Assembly (NCBI GenBank): GCA_041497675.1
Contig: JBGQGY010000008.1
Coordinates: 1 to 59,117, forward strand
Length of the DNA: 59,117 nt
Reading direction: 5' to 3'
From: a bacterium
GTDB taxonomy: Bacteria > Sysuimicrobiota > Sysuimicrobiia > Sysuimicrobiales > Humicultoraceae
Part shown: positions 19,031-27,411 of the stretch, piece by piece
How the letters are laid out: every line of letters begins with the position of its first letter
Position numbering within the stretch: the stretch's first letter is position 1
Notes under the pieces: generated by a model
Seen by the model: the letters and a program-made list of their open reading frames with translations, nothing else
Databases searched by the model: none
What the model was told of the DNA's origin: nothing
Program-made: the position numbers and the translations under genes

Positions 19031-19774
19031 ATGAGACCGGCGCCCGGCTGGCTACTCGACCTTCGTTCCGGACCGGTGCGCTACGCGGACGCCTGGGCGT
19101 TGCAGCGCGACCTCATGCGGGCCCGCCAGGCAGGTGCTGTTCCCGACGTGCTTCTGTTGCTCGAGCATCCTCCGGTGGTCACGCTCGGACGCAGCGGCAA
19201 GGCGCAGAACCTGCTGGTCTCACCCGATGTCCTGCGCGCGCACGGTATCGATCTCTTCGAGGTCGAGCGCGGGGGCGACATCACCTATCACGGGCCCGGT
19301 CAACTCGTCGGATATCCGATCGTCGATCTGCGTGCCCTCGATGAGGACGTCGTCCGCTACATGCGCACGCTTGAGGAATCGCTCATTCGGACGCTGGCGT
19401 TTTTCGGGATTGAAGGGGGTAGGGAACGCGGGTATCCAGGAGTGTGGGTTGGTGGGTCCAAGGTGGCTGCGATGGGCGTCGCGGTCAAGCGCCGCGTGAC
19501 GATGCACGGCTTCGCCCTGAACGTCAGCACTGACCCACGTGTGTTTGACCTCATCAACCCCTGTGGGCTGGGCAGGCCGGTCACGTCGATGAGCCGGTTG
19601 GCGGGACAACCGATCGAGGTGAACCAGGTGCGAGCGGTCTACGCGGAGCAGTTTACGCAGGTCTTTGGGATCGGGCTTGAGCCCATCGATCGCGTTCACG
19701 TCGACGAGGCGCTAGCCGCGCTACGGCCGCGCGACTCCGGCCCGTCCGGGCCAGGGGCGTTAGCCCGGGTATAG
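19031..19774 (+). CDS. lipB: Octanoyltransferase LipB
   Basis: LLEHPPVVTLG, RGGDITYHGPGQLVGYPI, KVAAMG, HGFALN, INPCG. Confidence 0.95.
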   Translation: MRPAPGWLLDLRSGPVRYADAWALQRDLMRARQAGAVPDVLLLLEHPPVVTLGRSGKAQNLLVSPDVLRAHGIDLFEVERGGDITYHGPGQLVGYPIVDLRALDEDVVRYMRTLEESLIRTLAFFGIEGGRERGYPGVWVGGSKVAAMGVAVKRRVTMHGFALNVSTDPRVFDLINPCGLGRPVTSMSRLAGQPIEVNQVRAVYAEQFTQVFGIGLEPIDRVHVDEALAALRPRDSGPSGPGALARV

Positions 19775-19778
19775 GGAG

Positions 19779-20588
19779 ATGTTGCCCGATCTGCGCGTCG
19801 TACCCGCGGTAGCGCTGCATCTGCACGAAGACTGCGACCCCGAGCGGGTCGACCGGCTGGCGCAGCGGCTGGACGCCGACGGCGTGCTGCGCAACCCTCC
19901 GATCGTCGCCCTGCTGGACGCCCGGCCCGGCCACGCGCCTGAGTACGTCGTCCTGGACGGTGCGAATCGCGTGACCGCCATGCAACGGTCCGGGCTGCCG
20001 CATCAGGTGGTGCAGGTCGTCCCCTACGACGATCCTGCCGTGATCCTGGAGGTCTGGGCACACCTGTTGCAGCATGACGGCGCCATCGTGCGTTCATTCC
20101 CCCTGTGGACGGCGGCCTCTCCAGTTGCCGTCCACAGGGGCCTCGACGACGGGACGTTTGCCTGTGGGTTGGTGACGGCGCGCGGCGCCTGGGGGGCGAA
20201 GATCGACGGGACGCTGGGCGAGCGGGTGCGCGCGCTGGCGGCCATCGTGGCCACGTACAAGGGGAAGGTGCCGATCTACCGGACGCAGGGAGCGGCCTTC
20301 GCCACACTGGCGGAAGAGTTCGGCGGCGCCGATGCGCTGGTGCTCTTCCCGCGACTGTCGAAGGCCGATATCCGCGCCATCGCGCGCCTGCCCGTCAAGC
20401 TCCCGACCGGCATCAGCCGGCACATCGTGTCGCTGCGCGCGCTGCGGGTCAACGTGGACCTGGCGATGCTCAGGGGCGACGAACCGGTGGCCGCCAAACA
20501 GGCTAGTTTGGACGCCTTGATCCGCGCCCGCCTGCTGGACCGCCGGGTCCGGCACTACCCTGAACCCACGGTCCTCTACGACGAGTGA
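19779..20588 (+). CDS. ParB/Srx-fold protein, probable SbnI/SerK-like free L-serine kinase
   Basis: LHE near the N-terminus, LRNPPIV, YVVLDGANR, VWAH and LPTGISRH correspond to the HE / DGxHR / W / PxxxxR motifs of SbnI and SerK; no ParB HTH; stop overlaps the cysteine synthase start. Confidence 0.72.
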   Translation: MLPDLRVVPAVALHLHEDCDPERVDRLAQRLDADGVLRNPPIVALLDARPGHAPEYVVLDGANRVTAMQRSGLPHQVVQVVPYDDPAVILEVWAHLLQHDGAIVRSFPLWTAASPVAVHRGLDDGTFACGLVTARGAWGAKIDGTLGERVRALAAIVATYKGKVPIYRTQGAAFATLAEEFGGADALVLFPRLSKADIRAIARLPVKLPTGISRHIVSLRALRVNVDLAMLRGDEPVAAKQASLDALIRARLLDRRVRHYPEPTVLYDE

Positions 20589-21544
20589 TGGCCTACCGGT
20601 TTGTTCCTGAGCAGCCCTTCGACATCGGCTCCGATCTGCTCGCCCTGATTGGTAACACCCCGTTGGTGCCGATCCGCCGCATCAACGGCGTCCCGTCCGG
20701 CGTGGCCGTGTTTGCCAAACTCGAGGGACACAACCCCGGGGGCTCGGTCAAGGACCGACCCGTGCTTCGGATCATCGAGGACGCTGAGCGTGATGGGCGC
20801 CTCACGCGTGATCGCATCATCCTGGATTCCACCAGCGGGAACGCCGGTATCGCGTACGCGATGATCGGCGCCGCAAAGGGGTACCGCGTCACGCTGTTGG
20901 TGCCGCGGAACATCAGCGATGAGCGGAGGGGAGCCCTTCTGGCCTACGGCGCGGAGTTGATATTTACCGATCCCTTGGAGGGCTCGGACGGCGCCATGCT
21001 CGAGGCGCGGCGCCTGGCCGCCGCCGAACCGAGACGGTATGCCTACCTCGACCAGTACGACAATCCCAGCAACTGGCGCGCGCACTACGACGGCACGGGG
21101 CCGGAGATCATCGCGCAGACCCACGGCCGCATCACCCACTTCGTGGCTGGGGTCGGCACAACCGGAACCCTCGTCGGCGTCGGCCGGCGGTTCCGCGAGA
21201 CCGACCCGGCCATCGAGATCGTCGCGGTCGAGCCGGACGATGGGTTTCACGGTATCGAGGGCTTGAAGCACCTGCCGACCGCGATCACCCCCGGTATCTA
21301 CGACCCCACCGTGCCGCACAGGACCGTGCGGGTCTCGTCCGGCGCCGCGTATGCCATGACCCACCGGCTGGCCGCGCAAGAGGGGATCCTGGCGGGTCCC
21401 TCGTCGGGCGCCGCGATGGCCGCGGCGGTCGAGGTGGCGGGCCGTCTGGACCAGGGCGTGATCGTCGTGATCTTCCCCGACAGGGGCGATCGCTACCTGT
21501 CCACCAACCTCTGGCGTCCGAAAGTTGACCTCCGCACTGTATAA
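20588..21544 (+). CDS. cysM: PLP-dependent cysteine synthase, CysM / O-phosphoserine sulfhydrylase type
   Basis: IGNTPLV, KLEGHNPGGSVKDR (PLP Lys), STSGNAG, DQYDNP, GVGTTGT, IEGLKH, GPSSGA, FPDRGDRYLS. Confidence 0.85.
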   Translation: MAYRFVPEQPFDIGSDLLALIGNTPLVPIRRINGVPSGVAVFAKLEGHNPGGSVKDRPVLRIIEDAERDGRLTRDRIILDSTSGNAGIAYAMIGAAKGYRVTLLVPRNISDERRGALLAYGAELIFTDPLEGSDGAMLEARRLAAAEPRRYAYLDQYDNPSNWRAHYDGTGPEIIAQTHGRITHFVAGVGTTGTLVGVGRRFRETDPAIEIVAVEPDDGFHGIEGLKHLPTAITPGIYDPTVPHRTVRVSSGAAYAMTHRLAAQEGILAGPSSGAAMAAAVEVAGRLDQGVIVVIFPDRGDRYLSTNLWRPKVDLRTV

Positions 21545-21545
21545 T
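21521..21545 (+). promoter_or_regulatory. Internal promoter (TATAAT 21540-21545, leaderless spacing to mec ATG) overlapped by an IscR/Rrf2-type operator-like 25-mer
   Basis: AAAGTTGACCTCCGCACTGTATAAT; the perfect -10 ends 7 nt before ATG 21553; the left half resembles the IscR type-1 half-site ATASYYGAC. Confidence 0.55.
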
Positions 21546-21552
21546 AGGGTGA

Positions 21553-21954
21553 ATGGCACTGGACCTTACCAGGGCGCAGGTCGATGAGATGATTGCGCAC
21601 GCCCATGCCGAGTTTCCAAGCGAGTGCTGCGGGCTGCTCGCGGGCCGCGGAGACCGGGTCGAACTGCTGTTTCGCGGCCGCAACGTCGACCACAGTCCCT
21701 ATACCTATAGTCTCGACCCGCAGGAACAGTTGCGGTTCTTTAAGGATATGGATGCCCGCGGTTTGGAACTGGTGGGGATCTACCACTCGCACACGCAGTC
21801 GCCGGCGTATCCGTCGCGCACGGACGTGGCCAAGGCCCTGTACCCCGATGCGGCGTATGTGATCGTGTCGTTGCAGGACGAGCGGACGCCCACAATGCGG
21901 GCCTTCCGAATACGGGACAACACAATCGTCGAGGAGGCGCTGGCGGTTCGGTGA
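21553..21954 (+). CDS. mec: JAMM/MPN+ (M67) metallopeptidase, Mec-like CysO-cysteine peptidase
   Basis: PSECCGLL and YHSHTQSPAYPSRTD (E...HxH-x7-S-xx-D JAMM motif), directly after the cysteine synthase. Confidence 0.85.
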   Translation: MALDLTRAQVDEMIAHAHAEFPSECCGLLAGRGDRVELLFRGRNVDHSPYTYSLDPQEQLRFFKDMDARGLELVGIYHSHTQSPAYPSRTDVAKALYPDAAYVIVSLQDERTPTMRAFRIRDNTIVEEALAVR

Positions 21955-22421
21955 AGACGTCGACCCGCGCGGAATACGGCCTGCGAGCCCTCATCGATCT
22001 CGCCGCTCACTATGGCGAGGGGCCGGTCCGCAGCCGGATCATTGCCGAGCGCCAGGGCTTGCCCGAACCCTACCTCAACCAGTTGATGACCATGCTCCGC
22101 CGGGCGGGACTGGTCACCAGCAAGCGCGGTCCCACCGGCGGGCACCTGCTGTCGCGGCCCCCCGCCGAAATCAGCCTCAAGGAGGCGTTCGAGGTGCTCG
22201 AGGGCTCGACCGCCCCCTGGTGGTGTGCCGAGGTCGAAGACCCCGACTGCGAGTTTGCGCCGGACTGCGGCCTGCGACCGGTCTGGAAGGCGATCGGGGT
22301 CGCCGCGGACGGCGTGCTGAACCGGCTGACGCTGGCCGACCTGCGACCGACCCGCGCGGCACCGGCCGCGCCGCCGCGTGTGCCGAGTCCGCGCCGGCAG
22401 AAGGCGCAGGGGAATGTCTAG
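21951..22421 (+). CDS. Rrf2-family transcriptional regulator with three Cys (probable Fe-S sensor)
   Basis: STRAEYGLRAL, YLNQL, SKRGPTGG, C-x7-C-x5-C (WWCAEVEDPDCEFAPDCGL); GTGA overlap with mec. Confidence 0.9.
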   Translation: MKTSTRAEYGLRALIDLAAHYGEGPVRSRIIAERQGLPEPYLNQLMTMLRRAGLVTSKRGPTGGHLLSRPPAEISLKEAFEVLEGSTAPWWCAEVEDPDCEFAPDCGLRPVWKAIGVAADGVLNRLTLADLRPTRAAPAAPPRVPSPRRQKAQGNV

Positions 22422-22436
22422 GGTGGTTCTCCCGTT
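22411..22436 (+). promoter_or_regulatory. SigR/SigH-type autoregulatory promoter GGAAT-N18-GTT
   Basis: GGAAT 22411-22415, 18 nt, GTT 22434-22436, 15 nt upstream of the ECF sigma ATG. Confidence 0.7.
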
Positions 22437-22451
22437 CCAGCGGGGGAACCC

Positions 22452-23093
22452 ATGGGTGCTGCATCCGTGACGCACGAACAGCCGCACGCGACCGTCTCGC
22501 AGGAGGACCGCGCACGCTTCGAGGCGCTGGTGCACGAGCACCTCGACAGCCTGTACGGATCTGCGCTGCGCCTCACGCGCAACCGTACCGCCGCTGAAGA
22601 TCTCATCCAGGACACGTTCTTGAAAGCGTGGCGCTCGTTCCACACCTTCCAACAGGGCACCAACGCCCGTGCCTGGTTGTACAAGATCCTGATGAATGCC
22701 TACATCGACTCATACCGCCGCTCCTCGCGGGCGCCCGAGATGGTCGATCACGAGGACGTGGGCGAGTTCTATCTGTACGCGAAGGCGCAGGAGAGCGACG
22801 ATCTCCGCCGCGCGGGCGACCCCGAAGAGATTTTGCTGTCGAAGATCATGGATGCCGACGTCAAGACGGCCCTGGAAGCCGTCCCCGAGCCGTTCCGGAT
22901 GGCGGTGATCCTCGCCGACCTCGAAGAGTTTTCGTATCGTGAGATCGCCGAGATCCTGGGCATCCCGATTGGCACGGTGATGTCGAGACTGTATCGAGGA
23001 CGCCGGCACCTGCAGCGGCTGCTGTGGGACTATGCGCGGCGGGCCGGGTACGTCAAGAGTCCGTCAAAGGACGCGAAGGCCGGGGACGCATGA
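22452..23093 (+). CDS. ECF sigma factor, SigR/SigH(Actinobacteria)-like
   Basis: AEDLIQDTFLKAW, FQQGTNARAWLYKI, VPEPFRMAVILADLEEFSYREIAEILGIPIGTVMSRLYRGR. Confidence 0.9.
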   Translation: MGAASVTHEQPHATVSQEDRARFEALVHEHLDSLYGSALRLTRNRTAAEDLIQDTFLKAWRSFHTFQQGTNARAWLYKILMNAYIDSYRRSSRAPEMVDHEDVGEFYLYAKAQESDDLRRAGDPEEILLSKIMDADVKTALEAVPEPFRMAVILADLEEFSYREIAEILGIPIGTVMSRLYRGRRHLQRLLWDYARRAGYVKSPSKDAKAGDA

Positions 23094-23323
23094 GCGGGTG
23101 CGACTGCGACGATCTGCTGGAGCGGCTGTGGGCCTACATGGACGGCGAGGCCGATGACCAGGCCCGCAGTCACCTGGTGGCGCACATCGAGCGGTGTCTG
23201 CCCTGTCGCCAGCAGGCTGAGTTCGAGCGTCGGCTGCGCGAGATCATCCAGTACAAGTGCCGCGGCGAGCGCGCCCCCGAAACCCTGCGTATCGAACTGG
23301 TGAGTCTGATCATCCGCTCGTAG
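23090..23323 (+). CDS. Zinc-binding anti-sigma factor (RsrA/RshA-like, ZAS)
   Basis: N-terminal CDC, LWAYMDGE, HIERCLPC (HxxxCxxC), KCRGERAP; ATGA overlap with the sigma gene; no TM. Confidence 0.88.
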   Translation: MSGCDCDDLLERLWAYMDGEADDQARSHLVAHIERCLPCRQQAEFERRLREIIQYKCRGERAPETLRIELVSLIIRS

Positions 23324-23346
23324 TCGAGCTCAGTCAGGAGGGACCC

Positions 23347-23727
23347 ATGGCGAAGGAAGTCGTGCGCAGCGACAAGGCGCCGCTGCCGATCGGACCATAC
23401 TCGCAGGCGATCCGTGCCGGGGGTGTGCTGTATCTCTCGGGGCAATTGGCGCTCGATCCGGCGACGGGACAGTTTCTCGCGGCGGACATCAAGACGCAGA
23501 CCCGCCGGGTGCTGCAGAATCTGGCCGCGGTGCTGGAGGCGGCAGGGTCGTCGATGGACCGCGTGGTGAAGACAACGGTGTTCCTGAAGGACATGAATGA
23601 TTTTGGGGCGATGAATGAGGAGTATCAAAACGTCTTCCGCGAGCTGCCGCCCGCGCGCTCGACGGTGCAGGTGGCGCGGCTCCCGCGCGATGCTCTGGTG
23701 GAGATCGAGTTGATCGCGCTGGCGTGA
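23347..23727 (+). CDS. ridA: RidA/YjgF enamine-imine deaminase
   Basis: APLPIGPYSQA, SGQL, VKTTVFL, PPARSTVQV, VEIELIA; start ATG 23347 after AGGAGG. Confidence 0.93.
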   Translation: MAKEVVRSDKAPLPIGPYSQAIRAGGVLYLSGQLALDPATGQFLAADIKTQTRRVLQNLAAVLEAAGSSMDRVVKTTVFLKDMNDFGAMNEEYQNVFRELPPARSTVQVARLPRDALVEIELIALA

Positions 23728-24018
23728 TACCGTAAAGAACGCGGCTACGGGCCGGTGACCGCAGTGAGGGACGGCTCCCGTCCGGGGAACGCGAGGACGG
23801 CGGCCGCCTCTGGATTTGCTCGCGACCCCGTCCCACGGTTCGTCTGGAGGCTTCAGACGGCAACTGGGCCTGCGCGGACTATTGATATCGACCCTACCGT
23901 CACGCCGTGCCTTGAGCGCGCCTGACGCAACCTCTGCAACGCTGCGCTTGTAGTCCGTATCCGCTGTCGAGACCGTTGAATGTTATGACAGTTATGACTT
24001 GAGAATCGCCGAAACTCA

Positions 24019-24053
24019 GTAGGGGCGCGGGTTTCAGCAAAACGGGCGCCTAC
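24019..24053. repeat. GTAG-type REP-like imperfect palindrome
   Basis: GTAGGGGCGC...GGGCGCCTAC; a degenerate second unit (gagAGGGGCCGACCTGCCGCCCC) follows at about 24060. Confidence 0.3.
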
Positions 24054-24105
24054 GAGATCGAGAGGGGCCGACCTGCCGCCCCGCGCTCACGCCCATCGCC
24101 TATTA

Positions 24106-24114
24106 TGGTACTAT
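24106..24114 (+). promoter_or_regulatory. Extended -10 promoter (TGgTACTAT) for tRNA-Gln
   Basis: TGnTACTAT in an AT-rich patch about 55 nt upstream of the tRNA. Confidence 0.55.
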
Positions 24115-24167
24115 CAAAATTATCGTACGGCGAAATCATGTCTTGGATTCACGGCCTCGCGAAGTAT

Positions 24168-24241
24168 TGGGGGGTCGGCTAACGGAAAGCCCTCAGCCTT
24201 TGAAGCTGAGTATCCAGGTTCGAGTCCTGGCCCCCCAGCCA
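24168..24241 (+). tRNA. tRNA-Gln (anticodon TTG)
   Basis: Acceptor TGGGGGG/CCCCCCA, D-arm GGCT/AGCC, anticodon arm TCAGC-CT-TTG-AA-GCTGA (TTG 24200-24202), T-arm GGTTCGAGTCC, encoded CCA; U1-A72 pair typical of GatCAB-dependent tRNA-Gln. Confidence 0.96.
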
Positions 24242-24330
24242 AGTTTTCGAATCATCCTCCCGTCCTCGAAGAGTGGCAGGTCCTAGAGGGCTTGAAGGGG
24301 CATCCCCGGCCCTAGCAAAACATAGTAGGC

Positions 24331-26937
24331 ATGGGCGGGGCCGTCGAGACCGATCTGCTAGAGCGGGCTACGTTCCTGGCCGAGCTCGGGCAACGGCTGG
24401 ACGAGTCTCGTCAGGTTGGCCGTCTGGTGCTCGTCGGCGGCGAAGCGGGCGTGGGCAAGACCGCGCTGATCCGCCGTTTCTGCGCGATCAATCGGAAGAC
24501 GCGGACGCTCTGGGGCGCGTGCGATCCTCTCTTCACGCCGCGACCGTTCGGCCCGTTTCTCGACATCGCTGAGCGGACCGGGGGCGCGCTCGACGAGGCC
24601 CTCGCGAAGCGCGCGAAGCCGCATGAAGTGGTCGCGGTCCTCCTCCGCATGGTGCGCTCGCCCGGTCCCAGCATTGTCGTCCTCGAGGACGTCCACTGGG
24701 CAGACGAGGCAACGCTCGACGTGCTGCGGCTGGTCGCCCGCAGGGTCGAGTCGGTGTCGGCGCTCTTCCTTGCGAGCTACCGGGATGACGAACTGGACCG
24801 GTCCCATCCGCTTCGGCTTGTGCTTGGGGAATTGGCCACCGTGCCGGCGGTCAGCCGGCTGCGGCTGCCACCGCTCTCGCCCGCGGCGGTAGAGGTGCTC
24901 GCCCGACCACATGGGATCGACGCCGACGAACTCTACCGCACGACGGGCGGGAACCCGTTCTATGTTACGGAAGTGCTGAGTGCGGGCGGCGCGGAAGTGC
25001 CGCTGACCGTGCGTGACGCCGTGTTATCACGGGTCGCGCGCCTAGGTCCAGCGGCGCAGAGACTGCTCGAGTGCGTCGCGGTCATCCCTGCTCGCGTGGA
25101 ACTTCCCCTGCTGAAGACGATCGCGGGCGCGGCCTTCTCGTCCCTCGAAGAATGCCTGTCGGCCGGGATGCTGCAGGTTGAGGGCGCCGCCGCCGCGTTC
25201 CGGCACGAGCTCGCGCGCCTCGCCGTCGAGGACGCGATCCCGGGACACCGTCGCAACGAACTTCACCGTATCGTGTTGTCCGCGCTGGCCGACTTGGGAA
25301 CGGTCGACCCGGCCCGCCTGGCCCACCATGCGGAAGCGGCCGGAGATGCGGAGGCCGTGCTTCGATATGCGAGAGCCGCCGGCGAACGCGCGGCACACGC
25401 CCACGCGCACCGCGAGGCGGCGGCGCAGTACGCTCGCGCGCTCAAGTTCGCCGAGAAGCTCCCACCCGAGGCGCGGGCCGAACTCCTCGAGCGCCGCTCC
25501 CACGAATGCTACCTCACCGACCAGTTCGATGAGGCGATCGAGACGCACAAGCGCGCACTTGGGTGCCGCCGGAAGAACGGCGACCTGCGCAAAGAGGGAG
25601 ACTCGCTTCGCGCGTTCTCGCGCTTGCTCTGGTGTGCTGGCCGCATAGCAGAAGCCGAGAAGCCCGGCCGGGAGGCTGTCGCGCTGCTTGAGCAGTTCCC
25701 ACCCAGCCGCGAGCTCGCCATGGCGTACAGCAACATCTCGTCGCTCTGTATGAACGCGGAGGACGCCGCGGGGACCGTCGCCTGGGCGTCGCGTGCGCTC
25801 GATCTCGCCCAGCGCCTTGACGAGCCCGAGGTCCTGGTCCACTCGCTCAACAACATCGGGACGATGGAACTGCTCCGAGGAATGCCGGAAGGCCAGCATA
25901 AGCTCGCGCGGAGCATTGAGCTCGCGGAGCAGGCGGGGTTGGAGGAGCATGTAGGGCGAGCCTTCATTCATCTCGCCTGGACGGCAGCGCACACACGCAC
26001 GTTCGACATGACAGACCGACTGGCAGCCGGGATCGAGTACTGCAACGAGCGTGGCCTCGACTTGTGGCTCTTCTATCTGGTCGCCTATCGGGCCCGCCTG
26101 GAGCTCGACCAGGGCCGCTGGACGGAGGCCGCCGACTCCGCGGGGTTCGCCATCCGCCATCCGCGCAGCGCGATATTGCTCCGCATTCTCGCGTTTGTGG
26201 TGCTCGGGCTCGTGCGCGCGCGGCGCGGAGATCCGGGCTACGGATCGCTGCTTGACGAGGCGCGGGCGCTGGCTGAGCCGACCCATGAACTGCAGCACAT
26301 CGCGCCAGTTGCTGCCGCGAGAGCCGAGGTTGCCTGGCTGAAAGGCAATGCTGAGGCGATTGACGGCGAGACATGCGCCGCGTTCGAGCGGGCAGTGGCG
26401 GTTGGCGATTCGTGGGCCATCGGTGAGCTTGCGTGCTGGCGGTGGCGCGCCGGGCTCCTCGAAACACCACCGGCGGGGGCTGCGGAACCGTATGCCATGC
26501 AGATCGCCGGCCAGTGGGAGCGCGCCGCGACACTCTGGGCTGAGATTGGGTGCCCCTACGAGGCTGCGCTGGCACTCGCTGATGCCGACGACGAGGCGGC
26601 CTTGCGCCGAAGCCTCGAGGCGCTCCAACGTCTCGGCGCGGCGACGGCAGCGGCGATCGTTGCCCGCCGTCTGCGTCGGCGGGGTGTGCGTGGTCTCCAG
26701 CGTGGACCGCTTCCCTCGACGCGCAAGAATCCCGCCCGTCTGACCGCCCGGGAGGCCGAGGTGCTGGTGTTGGTCACCGGAGGTCTCCGCAACGCCGACA
26801 TCGCCGAGCGGTTGTTCCTTTCCGCCAAGACGGTCGACCACCACGTGTCATCAATCCTTCAGAAGCTCGGCGTTCGCACCCGCGGCGAGGCAAGCGCGGA
26901 AGCCGCGCGGCTCGGCTTGACGGCGCCGAATCACTAG
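24331..26937 (+). CDS. LAL/MalT-like AAA ATPase-TPR-LuxR transcriptional regulator
   Basis: Walker [10 protein letters not shown], Walker [25 protein letters not shown]-terminal LuxR HTH (LTAREAEVL...[14 protein letters not shown]). Confidence 0.9.
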   Translation: MGGAVETDLLERATFLAELGQRLDESRQVGRLVLVGGEAGVGKTALIRRFCAINRKTRTLWGACDPLFTPRPFGPFLDIAERTGGALDEALAKRAKPHEVVAVLLRMVRSPGPSIVVLEDVHWADEATLDVLRLVARRVESVSALFLASYRDDELDRSHPLRLVLGELATVPAVSRLRLPPLSPAAVEVLARPHGIDADELYRTTGGNPFYVTEVLSAGGAEVPLTVRDAVLSRVARLGPAAQRLLECVAVIPARVELPLLKTIAGAAFSSLEECLSAGMLQVEGAAAAFRHELARLAVEDAIPGHRRNELHRIVLSALADLGTVDPARLAHHAEAAGDAEAVLRYARAAGERAAHAHAHREAAAQYARALKFAEKLPPEARAELLERRSHECYLTDQFDEAIETHKRALGCRRKNGDLRKEGDSLRAFSRLLWCAGRIAEAEKPGREAVALLEQFPPSRELAMAYSNISSLCMNAEDAAGTVAWASRALDLAQRLDEPEVLVHSLNNIGTMELLRGMPEGQHKLARSIELAEQAGLEEHVGRAFIHLAWTAAHTRTFDMTDRLAAGIEYCNERGLDLWLFYLVAYRARLELDQGRWTEAADSAGFAIRHPRSAILLRILAFVVLGLVRARRGDPGYGSLLDEARALAEPTHELQHIAPVAAARAEVAWLKGNAEAIDGETCAAFERAVAVGDSWAIGELACWRWRAGLLETPPAGAAEPYAMQIAGQWERAATLWAEIGCPYEAALALADADDEAALRRSLEALQRLGAATAAAIVARRLRRRGVRGLQRGPLPSTRKNPARLTAREAEVLVLVTGGLRNADIAERLFLSAKTVDHHVSSILQKLGVRTRGEASAEAARLGLTAPNH

Positions 26938-27040
26938 CCGGCGCTGAAGTAGATTCTACGGCCCCGAAGACGGCGAGGCGGCAGGCCGTTCCATCTAAAA
27001 TTCTGCGGCCCGTCAACGGTGGCCGCACGAGGTGAACCCG

Positions 27041-27355
27041 GTGAATCCAATGGAGGTCAATCCGTACGAACTCTTCAAGCAGGAATGCCCCGACCTGGCG
27101 GCCAGTCTCGATGACCTGCTCGAGGCGCAACAGACACTGCCCGGTCTGGACTCCAAGACCCGGCAGCTCATCAATATCGCCATTCAGACCGCCAACCGCA
27201 ACCCGCGCGGGGTCGCCTACCACGCCATCATGGCGAGAGACGCGGGGGTCGGTCGGGCCGCCGTCGCCGCGGCGGTCGTGATGAACCTCCACCTGTCCGG
27301 TCTGGGCCCCGTGCTGGATTGCCTGCCGGCCGCTCTGCAGGCGTTTGAAGACTAG
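27041..27355 (+). CDS. Carboxymuconolactone decarboxylase (AhpD-like) family protein
   Basis: LDSKTRQLINIAI...GVAYH...ARDAGV pattern; no CxxC; start uncertain (27041 or 27050). Confidence 0.75.
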   Translation: MNPMEVNPYELFKQECPDLAASLDDLLEAQQTLPGLDSKTRQLINIAIQTANRNPRGVAYHAIMARDAGVGRAAVAAAVVMNLHLSGLGPVLDCLPAALQAFED

Positions 27356-27411
27356 AGCGAGAACCTCATACTGGACGTTTGGAACGGTGTTCGTCCGCGT
27401 GGAGTGCTGTC

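Noticed and set aside
19779..20588. Chromosome-partition ParB call
   Set aside because: No HTH or dimerisation domain, no parA neighbour; motifs and context fit the SbnI/SerK branch better.
27381..27406. GGAAC-N18-GTG upstream of glmU as a third SigR-type promoter
   Set aside because: The -10 triplet is GTG rather than GTT and overlaps the SD; too weak to call.
24168..27411. Integrative element or prophage at tRNA-Gln
   Set aside because: No integrase, no phage genes and no duplicated tRNA 3' end seen.
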